Source: Halocafeteria seosinensis
Lineage: Eukaryota
Assembly (NCBI GenBank): GCA_001687465.1
Contig: LVLI01000605.1
Location: 1-61,221 of the forward strand
DNA length: 61,221 bases
Reading direction: 5' to 3'
Part shown: positions 10,736 through 21,705 of the stretch, piece by piece
Position numbering within the stretch: position 1 is the first letter of the stretch
How the letters are laid out: every line of letters starts with the position of its first letter
Made by a program: the position numbers and the translations under genes
The notes under the pieces: generated by a model
What the model was told of the DNA's origin: nothing
What the model saw: the letters and a program-made list of their open reading frames with translations, nothing else
The model's database searches: none

Positions 10736-13700
10736 ATGGGGAACGCGCAGATAAAGTCCCATGAAGCGTACGAGAACGGCAACTACGAGGAAGCGCTGAA
10801 ATACATCGAGTATGACATCGATAAACATGGGGCCAACGCCAGCAACCTGAGTGATAAAGGCGTCTATCTCATCGAATTGGACCGTCGCGATGAAGCGATG
10901 CGGTTCTTTGATCAAGCTTTGGAACAGGACCCCAATCACCTGGAATCCTATCAGAAAAAGGCATCGTGTCTTGTATCACTGGGACGGGAAGCCGAAGCGG
11001 AACCCGTGTTCGAAAAGACGTTAGAGTTGGACCCGGACAATGTGGAGGCCATGTACGGCCGTGCGTACTGTCTGATGAAACGAAATGACCATGAGAATGC
11101 AAATCGGCAGCTGGAACAAGTTCTGGAAAAAGAACCAAATAATAGTGGAGCACTCAACAATCGAGGCAAGTTTACGTTGCCCCGCAGTTTCCGGCCTAGT
11201 TATCCGAAACTTGCTTACTTACATTTGCTGTGAATGCAGGTTATTGCTTGATGCAAACGGGTCAACTCGACGAATCCATTAAATACTTTGACCAGGCCAT
11301 CAACAAAAACAAAAAGTATACGGAAGGTAAGTCCAACCCGAGACTGCCAGTGCATTCTTGCTTAGCGTCTGTAATATGTTCTTTTGCCTTGGTGGAGTAC
11401 AGCAATAACAAATAAAGGGACTGCTTTATCCTGGAAAGGAGAGCACAAAAAAGCAATCGCCGAATTTGACAAGGCCATTAAACTGAGCCACGGGAGCAAC
11501 ATTAATGCATACTTAAGCAAAGCAACTTCGCAGATGCGGCTGGGGAAGAACGAAGATGCGCTCCAGACTCTTGAAGAAGCTCGGAATTCAAAGAATGTGA
11601 AATCAGCATCTACGGTGCAAATTTTATTGCGCATGACATCATGCTATTCGCATCTAGAGGACTACGAAAAAGCGCATAAGACTGTGAATCAAGTATTTGT
11701 GCTAGACCAGGACAACAAGGAGGCTTTTCTGAGACGCGGCATCATCCAGTACCATGAGGGAAAGTTGAAGGAAGCCTTATTGGATTTTGAAGAGTGTAGA
11801 AATTCCAGCGGTTTGGCGGCTCATTCGGAGTCCTGGATTGGAAGGTGCAACATGAAGCTCCGTCGCTACCGGGAAGCGTTGGACAGTTTCGAAAAGGCCG
11901 CACTGTTGAGTGATCGCTTCCCTTGCTTTTATGAGAGAGGCTACGTACTGTTAAGATTGCATCAGTACAACGAGTCCATCGACCAATTGAATGAAGCACT
12001 GAAAGATGATAGTCTAGAAAATGAAGGGGAGGTGCACTGCTCCTTGGCTTTGGCACACAATGCCATCCACGAATACGACGAAGCCATTAGGCATGCAAAG
12101 GAAAGTAGAGAGTTTCTAAAGAATACCGCAGACCCGCAGATAGCACTAGCATTAGCGTTAAATCGGCAGGGCAAATACGAAGAGGCACTAACAGCTGTGG
12201 ATAAAGCCCTAAAGAATTCTGCCAATAATATCTGCGCATTGTCCGAAAAGGCATATGCGGTAGCCGGTTTGAAGAAAGAAGAGTCACCGGAAGCAGAAAA
12301 GTCTGTCTCGTTTGCCACAGAAGAATATGCGGATGATACTGAGCTTGCATATGTTTTCTCCAATATCTCATTCGTGAAATATCAAAGCGGAAAGCCGGAG
12401 GAAGCTGTACGCGCTGCCACGCGTGCACTTCAGTACCAGCCTGACCTTGATTGGGCATACTTTTATCGCGCGCTAGCTTCGTTCCACCAAGGGAACCATA
12501 AAGATGCCCTACAAGATTTTGAACGGGCCCGGGAGATGGGGCTTCATACCAAGGAGTCATTGACGCAGGAGGGGATATGTCTTTACCAAATTGGAGAATA
12601 TGAAAAATCCTTCACCACCCTCAAGTCGGCCGTCGACGAAAACGAAACCTGCATAGATGCAAACCATTATATAGGATTGATTCATCTGCGCAAAGAGGAA
12701 TTCCAACAAGCGCTCGATACATTTAATAGGGTGCTCCAGGCCGATCCGAATTTTGATGATAGCCGTTTGGAACGAGGATACGTCTGTGTCACACTGCATC
12801 GTTTCCGTGAAGCTATCTCAGACTTTGAAACAGTTTTTGATTGCCATACCACCAATGTCAGGTTGCTGGAGAACTACGGCGCCGCGTTGAATGCCATCGA
12901 AAACCCCGAAGAAGCGTTGGAGAAGCTTGGAATGGTCAGGAAATCCGGAATGGAAGGAGCGTCCTTGTCAACGCAGTTGTACATCGCATATTTTGCACTG
13001 GGTCGTTTTAAAGAGGCTTTCATTGAAATCCAGAAAGTGCTTGAAAGAACTCCTGATGACGATCTTAGTCTTTGGCGCCGGGGCCTGGCCCTGTTGGAAC
13101 TCGGTCGCCTGAACGACGCTATCGATTCCTTCATGGAAGGACTTAAGCTGAACAGTAGTAACAAAGGCTGTTACGTAGGACTTGGTAGGTGCTATAACCA
13201 ACTAAGCGAATATACCAGCGCTCGAGAGTCCCTAGAGCGTGCCTTGGAGCTTGGTGAAGATTCGGCGAAATGTTACTTTGAACTTGGCAAAACGACATAC
13301 TTTGCTCGTACTTTTGGAGAGGCACTTGTGTTTCTAAATAAAGCACTAGAGCGACAGAGTACTGGTGAAACATGGTTTTTCCAAGGTTTAGCACTTATGC
13401 AGATGTATCGACATGGTGAAGCAGCTTCTAGTTTCAGGAAATCTATCGAATTGACACCGTCCGAACCACTAACTTGGGTACATTTGATACATTCCCTCCT
13501 CAAGGAGCGCGAATATTCAAGGGTTTTGCGCACCGTGGAAGATTTCGAAGCGAGATTTGACTTAGAGCAACAGTTAAGCCCCGCGAATTGTGCAAGCATC
13601 CACCGCTGTAAGGCTGTCGCCCTCTATAACCTGGGTGAGTTTGCTAGAGCAAAGAAACATCTTGACCTAACTCTCTCAATGAACGATAGCGACGCTGAGG

Positions 13701-16700
13701 CGCTTTTCGTCCGAGGGAACTGTCACTCGTTTGAAGGAGATCACCGTGGTGCTCTGGAGGACTTCAAGTTGGCGAAAGAATTAGATCAAGGATACCCATG
13801 TTTGTTTGAACAGGCCACTGAACTTATTTTCTTGCGCAGATACGAAAAAGCGACAGAAATCATGGATGTGGCTATCAATACTGATGACCGAACAGGAGAG
13901 AGCTATGCGTTGAGGGCTCGGGCGAAAAACGGATTGCATCACTACGAATCTGGCAGCGAGTTCGCCGATGAGGCGATCGCATTGCTTCCACAGGGCTCTT
14001 GGGGATACTATGCTAAGGGATACGCTTTGAATCGACAAGGAGCGTACAACAAAGCACTCGAAACTTTGAATGGCTGTCGTTCCCAAATGGCCCTTTTGAA
14101 ATCAGAGAGAGCATTTGCGCTAGCGGGGCTGAAAGACGAGTCAGCTGTCTCCAAATCGGAAGAAGCAATTAAAGAAGAAAAGGAGCCGTTTATTCTCTCC
14201 CAACTGTATAGCAACCACGCATTTGTGCTCTTTAGTTTTGACCGGTACGATGAAGCAATAAGTGCTGGAACCAGGAGCATTGAGCTTGATTCAACCATTG
14301 ACACCGCTTACCATTATAGAGGTATGTGCCACATTGAATTGGGCCACCCGGAGGAAGGATATCAGGACATGATCCGTGCACACAAAAATGGTATGCCTCA
14401 AACCGATGATCTGTCAGTGCTGGAAGGACAGGCCCTCTTTAATCAGACCCGCTACGAGGAAGCCCTAGAAGCCTTTCAGCGAGCGATAGAATATCAGGAG
14501 GACAACTTCAAAGCGCAGTACTATTGTGGATTAATTTGCATGAAGCTTTGTGAATTCGCCAAAGCATTGGACCACTTTATGAAGGCAACGAAAATCGATT
14601 CAAACTCAGTCGATGCTTTTGTTTACCTAGGGTTTGCACAACTGCACTTAGGTTACACGTCGGAAGCACTCGAAAGCGCCCATACTTCGCTCAAATTGGA
14701 TTCTTCCTCTCGCGGATACCATTTGAAAGCTTGCTGTCTCCAGTCACTCGGTGAACTCCAAGGAGCCGTCAAATCCTTCGATCACTCCCTGCAGCTTGAC
14801 AACAAACAACATGAAGCATGGAGGAAACGGGGCGAATGCTATCTTCAGCTGGGAGATGTTGCAAGCGCTGAGGGATCGCTACAAAATGCCCTCGAACTTA
14901 AATCCAACGATCCAAATGCTTTGAGTGCTATGGGAGACGTACTGTGCGAGAAAGATGATCTGGAGCGTGCTTTCCAATATTATAACAAGGGGATTGACTC
15001 CGATGGAAGTCATTCTAAATCTTACAGAGGGCGCGGATATTGCAAAATGCAGAATGAGCATTTTGAAGCGGCGTTAGACGACTACCTCGTCGCCCACGAG
15101 CTTCAGGAAAGTAGTCCACCCAGATTACACTACTATATGGCCTTTTGCCTTAATAAGTTGGGACGATATCATAAAGCAATTTCGCTTTATCAACACTACT
15201 TGCGATTGGAGCCTTGGAATTTCCGTGCCTGTCGTGACGTAAGTTCCACCCCTTTCAAAGCGATTTTCTATTACCAGAAATCTATCTACTAGGGCAAATT
15301 ATGCAGCTCACTCGGTGCTTACACGCCACAAGCCAATATGGGAGCGCATTGAAATATCATGACCATTGTATTGAGCTCAAGCCTGAAGATTACAAGTCAC
15401 ACCTTGCACGGGCACAGTGTTTACTAAAACTGGAGAGATACTCAGAGGCCTTGGAATCAATTGAAGCGACATTAGAATTAAGACCTGCTTTGACAAGCGC
15501 ATTAAGAGACAAAGGTGAGATTATGCTTTCTTGCTCGAGCAGGCGGCGATGTATATAACTCAACGCTTGGTGGAATGCAGCGGAATGTTACAACAAGATG
15601 GGCAGATATGAACACTGTATTGCGACTGCCGATGCTGCTCTGAAAGACACTCCAGAAAACTCAACGTTGTGGGGGCTTCGAGGTGAGAATGGTTGCTGAA
15701 TGATATGGGAATGTCAATGCTGCCACTTGTCACCTTTTGCTTGCTGTCCAGCAAATGCCTTATTCTTCCTCAAACTATACACCGATGCAATTACTTCTTT
15801 CGATAAAGCTCTCTCCTTCCGACCAGAGTTTGCGGAAGCCCTTAGTTAGTACAACTCAAAGAACTACTGGTAAAGCTGTATTAAAACGTAGTGTCATGAC
15901 TGATCGCGCAGGCAATAAAGGTGCTTGTCTCAATGAACTTGAGCAATTTGATGACGCGTTGGAATGTCTGGAGAAAGCGGTGCGGCTACGGCAGGATTTC
16001 GCGGAAGCGTATAGGTAAGAGAAGCTAGCATGTACCCTACTTCGGTTGTGGGCTTATCTCATACTAATTACAGTAACTTGGGGAATACATTGATTGGATT
16101 GCACGAATACAATGAGGCTTGTGCTACCTTGGACAAGTCCATTGCCTTAAATGATAAAAACCGTAAGTACCCCTGTGCCTCTTCCGTATTCTGTGGTCTT
16201 AACGAGCGCGAACATCATTTGCCATTGTATTCGCAGCGAATGCATATAATAACAAGTAGGTTGTGCTGCTAGTAGGGCCTACATTGATACTTTGACACTG
16301 GCATCCTATCATTTCGCAGAGGCAACGCACTACTCAATCTGAAGGATTATAAGGCTGCTATTAAGAACTACGATAAAGCTCTAGAGCTGAATCCGAATCA
16401 GCCCGTAGTACTGACCAATAAAGGTAGGACCCGCAAATAACATGCTTGAATGCTCATATCTAACGTGCCTGCGTTCTTCGGTCTCAGCATTTTGTCTTGT
16501 GGAACTTGGATGGTTCATCCGCGTTATCGAGGCAGCAGATAAAGCTTTAGAGATAGATCCCAACTACACAGAGGCATACGGTATGTACCTCCCGAGATGC
16601 AAAACAAAGTTTTTGGTGTACATTGTTCTGCGGGATGTAAGTCCAGGAATAAAAGGTGTCGGGTTGAACGGGATTGGAAAGTACGAGAAAGCGATTAATT

Positions 16701-16957
16701 GTTTTAATCGTGTTCTGAAAGAGAACCCGAGGTCCAGCCAGGCTCTAGTTCAAAAAGTAAGCAACCTTTCGTGTACATGCCGAGCCAATCCCTTTCTCCC
16801 AACCTTTGATTTCTGTATCATTTCACATCAGGGTTACGCATTGTTTGAACGAAGTCGCTACAACGACGCAATTCAGTACTTTGACCGAGCAATTTTAGTA
16901 GATCCCTCTCTCAAAAAAGCCCGCGACTACCGCTACACAGCTAGCCTACGTCTATGA
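10736..16957 (+). CDS. Very large tetratricopeptide-repeat (TPR) protein, multi-exon (~1,750-1,800 aa)
   Basis: Continuous TPR motifs (e.g. EAMRFFDQALEQDP, ALEAFQRAIE, AIQYFDRAILVDP) in ORFs 10703-11233, 11384-15292, 15301-15558 and 16442-16957. Exons ~10736-11165, 11240-11326, 11403-15238, 15307-15514, 15581-15682, then several short exons to the TGA at 16955-16957. No catalytic domain seen. Confidence 0.9.
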
Positions 16958-17029
16958 TTTTGCATGTTATGTTAAATAAGAAACTATCGCTATATTGGTG
17001 GTGTAATGGTATTTCCGCCCATTCCTTGC

Positions 17030-19912
17030 TTAGCCATTGGCCTTCCGCAAAGCTCCTGCCAGTTCATCCAGAGCATTTAAGATGAAGGTCGCCTGGTCTG
17101 TTGTAAGTTGACCGTCTTTCGATGACGTGCTCTCTTCCATATCGGAGACGTATTTCACTAAATCAGCCGCTTTGAAGTATCGCGACATATCAATGGCACT
17201 TTCACTGAGGAGACTACCTATCATCGGGTATTTCCTTCTATCCAGACTAGACGAGGTTCGACGAAGATATCCTCCTTCGTTTACTTTGCGGAGTATGGTA
17301 TCCTTTGTTTCGTTCGGCAGCTGATAGCCTAACACCGTAGTACAGCACAGAAACTCGAGGAGACCAGAAAGGCACTCTGCGGTCTGAGACAACTCCAACA
17401 ACCGATCTACAGTGGCAGTAATCAACTCAGAGGTGACTATACATCCATTCGGAGAGCCGTTCGCGTATTGCGAAAGCCCAAGTTTTTGACATACCGTGGC
17501 TTCCCACGCGAGCGAGTACAAGTGAAGAGCAAATCGTCGTTTAGAGTGTTCATCGCCAATACCGAATCCTTGTATTTCGGATGGGGTCAACAAAGTACCG
17601 TGTAAGATGGACTGAAATAGTTGGATCCAGAAAGACTGAAGCTCGTTTCCCGTCTCTCTAGGCAGTGCTGATACCACCTCAGAACCTATGTCCGCCACCA
17701 GGATCCCGCAATATCCAATAAACCCGTCATTTGCGAGTGAATGAATTACGCCTGTTAGACTCGGCATAATACCTCCCTGAATCGGTGGCACATGCTCATT
17801 TCGGGTTTGGGCAAAGGTTTCTTCTGCTGAGTTAATGGCCCCGATAACATCTTCCTTGGGAAAGCAGCGTAAAAGCATAATCACCGTGTCCAACGTTTCC
17901 TCTGGTAGCCCTCCGGCAAACGACTCAGCGAGAACATCCCGAACCCATGAGGTTGATACAGTGGACGGATCCAGTATAATCGCACTCCGCAGTATTGATG
18001 ACACTGGAAGCAAAGATGGTTGACTCCGCCTACCCGGTACCGGTCTCGCAACTCTCCAGCGATACGGAACGTAATTCACACTTTGAAACTGCTTAAACGA
18101 TTCAAACGTATCGTCGGGAAGAGGGCGCGAATTTTGGCATGCTCGCGAAAGCGAATGCAACGTTAACGATTTCAATCGAATTATCGTCGCTTCAGGAGAC
18201 TTTCCACGCTGGCTAGATGCCACGTACGAATCCAGCGAACGCTTGAACATCGTCCACAGACGTACAATCAGGCCAGATTGGCCACGGCGGGCAAGTTGAT
18301 CCAACAGAATTGGGTAGCTTTCTACCATTTGGCCTGATAAAGGCGCTCCTTGAATTGCACCCATGTAGAGAGAGACCGCATTGTCCCACCAAGACGTTTC
18401 AGCGAAGCTCTTTATCATTTTGGAGACCACCGACGGAACTTGCCGGTGATAGCGTTTTACAAATGAATCATACACTTTCTGTGCTTCAGCAAGTTCGTTC
18501 GTCTTAAGGAAACCTTCTACTATTGAATCCATTGCGCGGGCATATTGATCGGACCCCGCATGCTGTTCAGAGATGGTATGTTGTTCGAATTCTTGCAGTA
18601 CTTCGTAGGCCAGCTCTGGCTGTTGCAATTCTCCCGCGAGTTGCTCAATCAATTTTTCTACCACTGACCATTTAGGAACAACATCATGCTTCCGCAATGC
18701 TTGGTATTGAGATACGGCCTTCATAATATCACCAGTATCAAGAAGCGTCTTGAGCTGTAGCTGGAGCCATTCAGAATGTTCGCTGCCAATGGTGACGTCA
18801 GTAGTCCGGCGCGGCGTCCTCCCATCAGTCGCTAAGGGAATTTCCAGTGTGTAAGTTTCTCCAATATGAGAGATACACGCTGACACTAGTTTATGTAGGG
18901 TCTCGATACCAAGTTGATTTCCGTCGTAAGAAAAGGCATAGTAGCAGTAGTGCAGTAGCTCAGGAGATATGGCAACCCGGTCCACAGGTAGCGACTCTTC
19001 GTGATGTATCTCTTGTCGACGATTTATTAGATCATCATATGACAGAATTCCATCTTCATACCCTTTTCGTTGAGCTGCAGTTTTCTGCGAAAACTGAGAC
19101 CAAATCTCCTTCGGAATCATAAAATACTTTGAGTTCGCCGCTTGCCTGTTTCCACTGCTTCTCGGGGTACCTTTCCGATTCCTTCGCTTGTCCCCATCAT
19201 CATCGTTGACTGGCAGAGCTGTATTGTTGCTATCACTAGCTCGTCGTAGGCGCAGGTAGTCATGAACTGGGTCCTGAATAAGAATTAACGCATATCGCTG
19301 GAGCACGTGGACCGCCACAACGTACAATTCCGTCATGCAGTTCTCCTGGTGCAGGGCATCCATCAGAGCATGAATTTTCGTCAGAGAGACCCATGTTCCC
19401 TCTTCGCACCCATCGACAAACCATCGAAAAGCTTGTAACGGTTTTTTCGCTTCCAGTTTCTGCTCCATGGCAAGTTGGATGACTTCCTGGTCAAGCGCGT
19501 ATCTATCCAATAGCAATCTCGTCACAATTTCACTGAACGAATTCGCACCACCACTGGTTTTATTTCGACCCAGAGAGGAAGACTGCTTCTTGGCATCATG
19601 ACTTCGAGGAAGTGATTTTTTCATCAAAGTTTTCAATTCCTGACGTAAGTGGCTCGCTTCCTCCGGGGATAATTTGGAGCCGGCCGAAGCTGAATGTACC
19701 CCTCGTTGGCCCTGTACCATTGGCTTCCAGTACACTACAGCCCCCAGTTTCCCTGGGGTGCATACATGCGTCCATCGTGCATGAAAGCTTCGATAATGGA
19801 GTATTACGGGCACCAGAGGATGCCCACCGACTCTGTGCCTGCGAGGGATAGGAGCTCTCCTTAGATACGACATCCCTCTTTGTACTGTTATACGTCCCCA
19901 TGCCTTTGTCAT
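17030..19912 (-). CDS. Pentatricopeptide-repeat-like helical protein, probably mitochondrion-targeted (960 aa, intronless)
   Basis: First plausible ATG is at 19912 (MTKAWGR..., Arg-rich acid-poor N-terminus). Degenerate ~35-aa PPR-like units: VVEKLIEQLAGELQQPELAYEVLQEF, AMDSIVEGFLKTNELAEAQKVYDSF, VVSKMIKSFAETSWWDNAVSLYMG, YPILLDQLARRGQSGLIVRLWTMF. Confidence 0.7.
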   Translation of the reverse strand: MTKAWGRITVQRGMSYLRRAPIPRRHRVGGHPLVPVILHYRSFHARWTHVCTPGKLGAVVYWKPMVQGQRGVHSASAGSKLSPEEASHLRQELKTLMKKSLPRSHDAKKQSSSLGRNKTSGGANSFSEIVTRLLLDRYALDQEVIQLAMEQKLEAKKPLQAFRWFVDGCEEGTWVSLTKIHALMDALHQENCMTELYVVAVHVLQRYALILIQDPVHDYLRLRRASDSNNTALPVNDDDGDKRRNRKGTPRSSGNRQAANSKYFMIPKEIWSQFSQKTAAQRKGYEDGILSYDDLINRRQEIHHEESLPVDRVAISPELLHYCYYAFSYDGNQLGIETLHKLVSACISHIGETYTLEIPLATDGRTPRRTTDVTIGSEHSEWLQLQLKTLLDTGDIMKAVSQYQALRKHDVVPKWSVVEKLIEQLAGELQQPELAYEVLQEFEQHTISEQHAGSDQYARAMDSIVEGFLKTNELAEAQKVYDSFVKRYHRQVPSVVSKMIKSFAETSWWDNAVSLYMGAIQGAPLSGQMVESYPILLDQLARRGQSGLIVRLWTMFKRSLDSYVASSQRGKSPEATIIRLKSLTLHSLSRACQNSRPLPDDTFESFKQFQSVNYVPYRWRVARPVPGRRSQPSLLPVSSILRSAIILDPSTVSTSWVRDVLAESFAGGLPEETLDTVIMLLRCFPKEDVIGAINSAEETFAQTRNEHVPPIQGGIMPSLTGVIHSLANDGFIGYCGILVADIGSEVVSALPRETGNELQSFWIQLFQSILHGTLLTPSEIQGFGIGDEHSKRRFALHLYSLAWEATVCQKLGLSQYANGSPNGCIVTSELITATVDRLLELSQTAECLSGLLEFLCCTTVLGYQLPNETKDTILRKVNEGGYLRRTSSSLDRRKYPMIGSLLSESAIDMSRYFKAADLVKYVSDMEESTSSKDGQLTTDQATFILNALDELAGALRKANG

Positions 19913-19967
19913 TATATTATATTCTATACTATCAATAATCATTATAATAGTCTCTATCAATACATTG
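19913..19967. promoter_or_regulatory. AT-rich 55-bp spacer between divergent start codons (candidate bidirectional promoter)
   Basis: A very AT-rich tract between the ATG of the PPR-like gene (19912, minus) and the ATG of FNTB (19968, plus). Confidence 0.45.
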
Positions 19968-21705
19968 ATGCGTAGTTGTAGTACTGCCACGGGGAGATGG
20001 GGGACCTCCTCCTCCTCCTCCTTCTTCAGGAAGGCCCACGAGGAGGAGCAGGAGGAAGATGAAGGCCTAGAGTATCCTACATGGACTCTATTAGAGCAGC
20101 AGAGCACTGAGAACAAATGCCGACTCTATCTCCAAGCTCGACCGGAGGATCTCCCCCAAGCGCAACGGGAGCTGCTCTTTCGGCAGCCGACATCATCTTC
20201 ATCATCTTCCTCGGGGGCAAGTGTTCGGTTGTTACGAGAGCGACATGCTCAATATATTCGTAACTCTTTGGATTCTTTGCCGCGTGGCCTAACGGCACTC
20301 GATGCCAGTCGCCCTTGGCTGCTTTACTGGATGCTCCAAAGCTTGGATCTCTTGGAATCCTTGGAATACCAGCCGCCTCAGGAATTACAGAGACTGTGTC
20401 AACGAGGCGTAGATACCTTGGAAACGTGTCTCCTGCACAACATTCAGCAACCAGTCGGAGGATTTGGCGGAGGTCCGCAGCAGTTACCTCATACGGCACC
20501 GACGTACGCCGCGGTGCTCTCCTTGTGTATTTTAGGAAGCTATCAGATGAAGCTCCAAGTCGAACCGACCGCCTACCGCCTATTGGAGAAAGCGCGGCCT
20601 TTTATCTACACTCACGCGATGGCGATCAAAGAACAAGACACGGGGGCATTTCGAGTTCATCCGAGAGGGTAAGCTTGCTATCCTTTGGATGCTGCACGCT
20701 CTGTAACAATTCCTGCTTCCTTTCTGCAGAGAGATTGACACGCGGTCTTCGTACACGATACTTTCAGTCTGCAGCCTTCTGAACATGTTGACTCCACAAC
20801 TATGTGAAAATGCTGGCAGGTTTTTACAGTCATGTCAAACCTATGAAGGAGGAGTAGGAGGCGAAATGGCTAATGAAGCTCATGGAGGCTACACATTCTG
20901 CGCACTGGCAGCTCTATGTATACTGGGAGAGCAAAATGTAATTAGCCAGGAAAAGTTAACTGTAAGTTTTTGAACTTGTAATATAATAATATTGCTACCT
21001 TATATGATATCTGTTTCTGGTGTTCCCTGCAGAGATGGTTAGTTACAAAACAAATGAGAGTAGAGGGAGGCTTCCAAGGACGGACGAACAAGTTGGTAGA
21101 TGGCTGCTACTCGTGGTGGCAAGGGGCCTCTCTCGTAATACTGGAAAGCTCATTGGCGTCCAAAGTGCCGAATGCTAGACTAGTAAATAGGAAAAGATTA
21201 CAGCAATATTTGTTACGATGCTGTCAACAGGTTGAAGGAGGCATGCGAGATAAGCCTGGCATGTAAGTGTCGGGAAGTACTAACCCAATTGTAAAGACTG
21301 GCTATAACCCTTGTCGTCTGTTGCTACAGGGTACGGGATTATTATCATACATGTTATTGTTTAAGTGGACTTTCTCTGGCCCAACACGATGCTCAAGGTA
21401 ACGTCATCGAAGCGGAGAACTTTGACGGAGTTTCTGAGAACTTACTGGTGAGTTTACTTTTCGAAATCTTTGCATCCCAGGCGGATTCCAATTATGCCGT
21501 ACTGTTTTGTCCGCGCATGCAGCCATTGACTGATATGATATACAACATACGTCCGGAACATGTCAATTCTGCAAAGCAATATTTCTCGTCCTTTCCGGGC
21601 AATCATCATGAGCTCTACAGAGCAAGTGGAAGGGACAAGGTGAGCTTGAGTGATACCCTTGTGGGAACTCGAGAATCGTGTGTCCCGATAAATGTGGAAA
21701 GCTAG
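19968..21705 (+). CDS. FNTB: Protein farnesyltransferase subunit beta (5 exons)
   Basis: Motifs LDASRPWLLYW, GGFGGGPQQLPHTAPTYAAV, CQTYEGG..EAHGGYTFC, EGGFQGRTNKLVDGCYSWW, GGMRDKPG, RDYYHTCYCLSGLS. Exons ~19968-20668, 20730-20961, 21033-21262, 21330-21447, 21523-21705, all with GT-AG introns. Confidence 0.95.

Noticed and set aside
19913..20116. N-terminal extension of the 1028-aa minus ORF
   Set aside because: It starts at a non-ATG codon and overlaps FNTB exon 1 antisense. ATG 19912 gives a sensible targeting peptide.
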